From Gammaproteobacteria bacterium (GTDB taxonomy: Bacteria; Pseudomonadota; Gammaproteobacteria; Xanthomonadales; Xanthomonadaceae), in assembly GCA_030431185.1 (NCBI GenBank), contig JAUIJO010000001.1:1-38255 (forward strand): a stretch of 38,255 nucleotides of DNA. The letters run 5' to 3'. This document shows positions 36,619 through 38,255 of the stretch, piece by piece (position 1 is the first letter of the stretch; each line of letters starts with the position of its first letter). Position numbers and translations under genes: made by a program. The notes below the pieces were generated by a model. It ran no database searches and was not told the DNA's origin. It was given only the letters and a program-made list of their open reading frames with translations.

Positions 36619-37392
36619 TCAGCAGTCGGGGTCGCGCCCGGTGGCGAAGCGCAGCCCGCGCAACAGGTGGCGACGGTAGACCGGGTCGGCGTACATGGCG
36701 CGGGTGTGCCCAAGCCCGGTATACCAGGCGCGTCCACCGCCCATGCGGTGGCACCACGCGATGGGATGGTCGCTGCCCATCGTGCCGCCCTCGTACGCGG
36801 ATTCGTCGACGGTGGCGATGACGTCGACATCGGCGCGCGGGTTGCGCCGGTAGTTGTAGAGCTCGTCGGTGACCGTCCACGTCGCGCCTTGCGCCAACAC
36901 CCCCGGCGATTCGAAGCGCACCGGACTCGTCTGCAGGCCTTCGGGATGGCTGTCGAACCAGGCACCGACGAGCTCGCCGTACCACGGCCAGTCGTATTCG
37001 GTGTCCGCCGCCGCATGGATGCCCATGTAGCCGCCGCCGTCGCGGACGTAGGACTCGAACGCGGCCTGCTGCGCATCGTCGAGCACGTCCCGCGTGGTGC
37101 TGGCGAACACGACCGCGTCGTAGGCTTGCAGGGCCGCAGGCGTGAACGCGCCGGGATCCTCGGTGGCGACGACTTCGATGCCCGCGCCGGCGCCGATCCC
37201 GCGCAGCGCGGCGATCGCCTCGGGGATCGAGTCGTGCCGCCACCCGCTCGTGCGGGTGAACACCAGCACGCGGCTGGAGGCGGGCCCGGCCTCCGGCTCC
37301 GGCGCACGCGGCGCCCGGCCCGGCGCGCCGCACGCGGCGAGCGTGGCAAGGAGGACGGGGACGAGGATTCCGGATGAACGGCGGCTGTTCAT
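36619..37392 (-). CDS. ThuA-like domain lipoprotein
   Basis: Lipobox LAAC; VLVFTRTSGWRHDSI, GGGYMGIHAAADTEYDWPWY, DELYN, DHPIAW and GRAWYTGLGH motifs. Confidence 0.9.
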   Translation of the reverse strand: MNSRRSSGILVPVLLATLAACGAPGRAPRAPEPEAGPASSRVLVFTRTSGWRHDSIPEAIAALRGIGAGAGIEVVATEDPGAFTPAALQAYDAVVFASTTRDVLDDAQQAAFESYVRDGGGYMGIHAAADTEYDWPWYGELVGAWFDSHPEGLQTSPVRFESPGVLAQGATWTVTDELYNYRRNPRADVDVIATVDESAYEGGTMGSDHPIAWCHRMGGGRAWYTGLGHTRAMYADPVYRRHLLRGLRFATGRDPDC

Positions 37393-37529
37393 GTAACCAG
37401 CCTGCCATACCTGGACTCCCACGGGGTGGGTATAGTCCCGCTGCCGCACGGGGCCGGCATTGGCCAGGCGCGCTGCGACGGTTGGGTGCATGCGAGCGTA
37501 TACAGGTTTTCGCCCCGGTTCAGGACCCC

Positions 37530-37949
37530 ATGAGGAGCATGACGGCAATGGATGGCATCGGTGACCCCCAACGTTCGCAGCGGCGCTTCGCGCGCGCACT
37601 GGCCACTGCCCTGGCAGCGACGGCCGGGGCCATGCTGATCGTAGTGCCATCCGCCCACGCGCAGGCCATCGACGAACCCGGCGTGCACCTGGTCGACCCC
37701 GACTATTCCGGCCCCGATGCAACGACCGCACGGGTATCCGCGCCCGTGGCTCCGTCCCCGGATTCGCGGGCGTGCACAAGTGGCCCGCGGCAAACCGCGG
37801 ACGCAAGCGCGGACGGTTGCGTGGCCCCCACCGGGGCCGTGGTCCGCGAGCGCAAACCCGAATCAGGCGAGCGGTCCGGCCGGGACATGGTCACACCCGT
37901 CCGCACGCCCCGCGTGCCCGCACCGGCAGCGGCCAAGCGCAGCCGCTGA
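37530..37949 (+). CDS. hypothetical exported protein
   Basis: Arg-rich n-region plus hydrophobic stretch ending SAHAQA (signal peptide), then a low-complexity mature region. Start is ambiguous (37530/37539/37548). Confidence 0.5.
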   Translation: MRSMTAMDGIGDPQRSQRRFARALATALAATAGAMLIVVPSAHAQAIDEPGVHLVDPDYSGPDATTARVSAPVAPSPDSRACTSGPRQTADASADGCVAPTGAVVRERKPESGERSGRDMVTPVRTPRVPAPAAAKRSR

Positions 37950-37972
37950 CGGCCCGGGCGTCGGGCGCGACG

Positions 37973-38255
37973 TCACGCCCCCGGCATGGCCAGGCCGGAC
38001 ACCAGGCGTTGCAGCGACTGTTCGTAGAACGCAGTGAACGCAGGGGCGTCGAAGTTGAACCGCCCGCTCCGGTAGAGCGCCACCAGGCCATGCGTGTGCG
38101 CCCACAAGGTCATGGTGACGTCCCACACGTCGTCCTCGCGCAGCACCCGCGCATCCATCGCGTCGGCCACCGCGTCGGCGACCACGGTCAGCGTCGGCGA
38201 TCGCCGGGCCTGGAAGTCCTCCGGATAGCGCCGCGCATCGCGGCGCGGCATCGAG
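37973..38255 (-). CDS. TetR/AcrR family regulator, C-terminal (WHG-type) domain; 5' end outside the window
   Basis: TLWAHTHGLVALY is the W-x3-H-G motif of TetR C-terminal WHG domains; the frame is open to the window edge. Confidence 0.75.
   Translation of the reverse strand, partial: SMPRRDARRYPEDFQARRSPTLTVVADAVADAMDARVLREDDVWDVTMTLWAHTHGLVALYRSGRFNFDAPAFTAFYEQSLQRLVSGLAMPGA

Noticed and set aside
37461-37476. sigma54 promoter TGGC...TGC upstream of the 37530 gene
   Set aside because: GG-to-GC spacing is 11 nt rather than the required 10.
1-38255. Prophage, integrative element or anti-phage defence island
   Set aside because: I recognised no integrase, transposase, phage structural, nuclease or NTPase defence genes, and composition looks uniformly GC-rich.

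Overview
High-GC chromosomal window, most likely from a Xanthomonadales (Lysobacter-like) bacterium, judged from the gene order tdh/kbl ... folC-dedD-cvpA-purF-DUF455-lpxH/gltX-zur and a THX-like ribosomal protein. It is mostly core metabolism: threonine catabolism (kbl, tdh), an S46 dipeptidyl peptidase, serine synthesis, folate and purine genes, lipid A, and GluRS. It also holds a Zur-controlled zinc uptake cluster, split hut genes with an embedded ClC channel, a serine hydrolase/LytS/LytTR operon, the AdaA-AlkA/Ogt alkylation response and several exported proteins. I see no rRNA, tRNA, transposase, integrase or CRISPR array. The strongest leads are non-coding. (1) A ~165-nt leader of a long-form serA plus histidine-phosphatase operon can fold into two mutually exclusive structures, one of which occludes the SD, suggesting a riboswitch or attenuator. 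(2) The 630-bp region beside a ToxR/CadC-like membrane regulator with a large TPR-like periplasmic domain contains an IHF consensus, three 10-bp-phased repeats and an ORF-less terminated segment that may be an sRNA. (3) A Zur box is shared by a His-rich TonB-dependent receptor and a MerC-like protein. (4) At least five genes look leaderless. Family assignments come from motif recognition by eye, not from database searches, and RNA structures were paired by hand.
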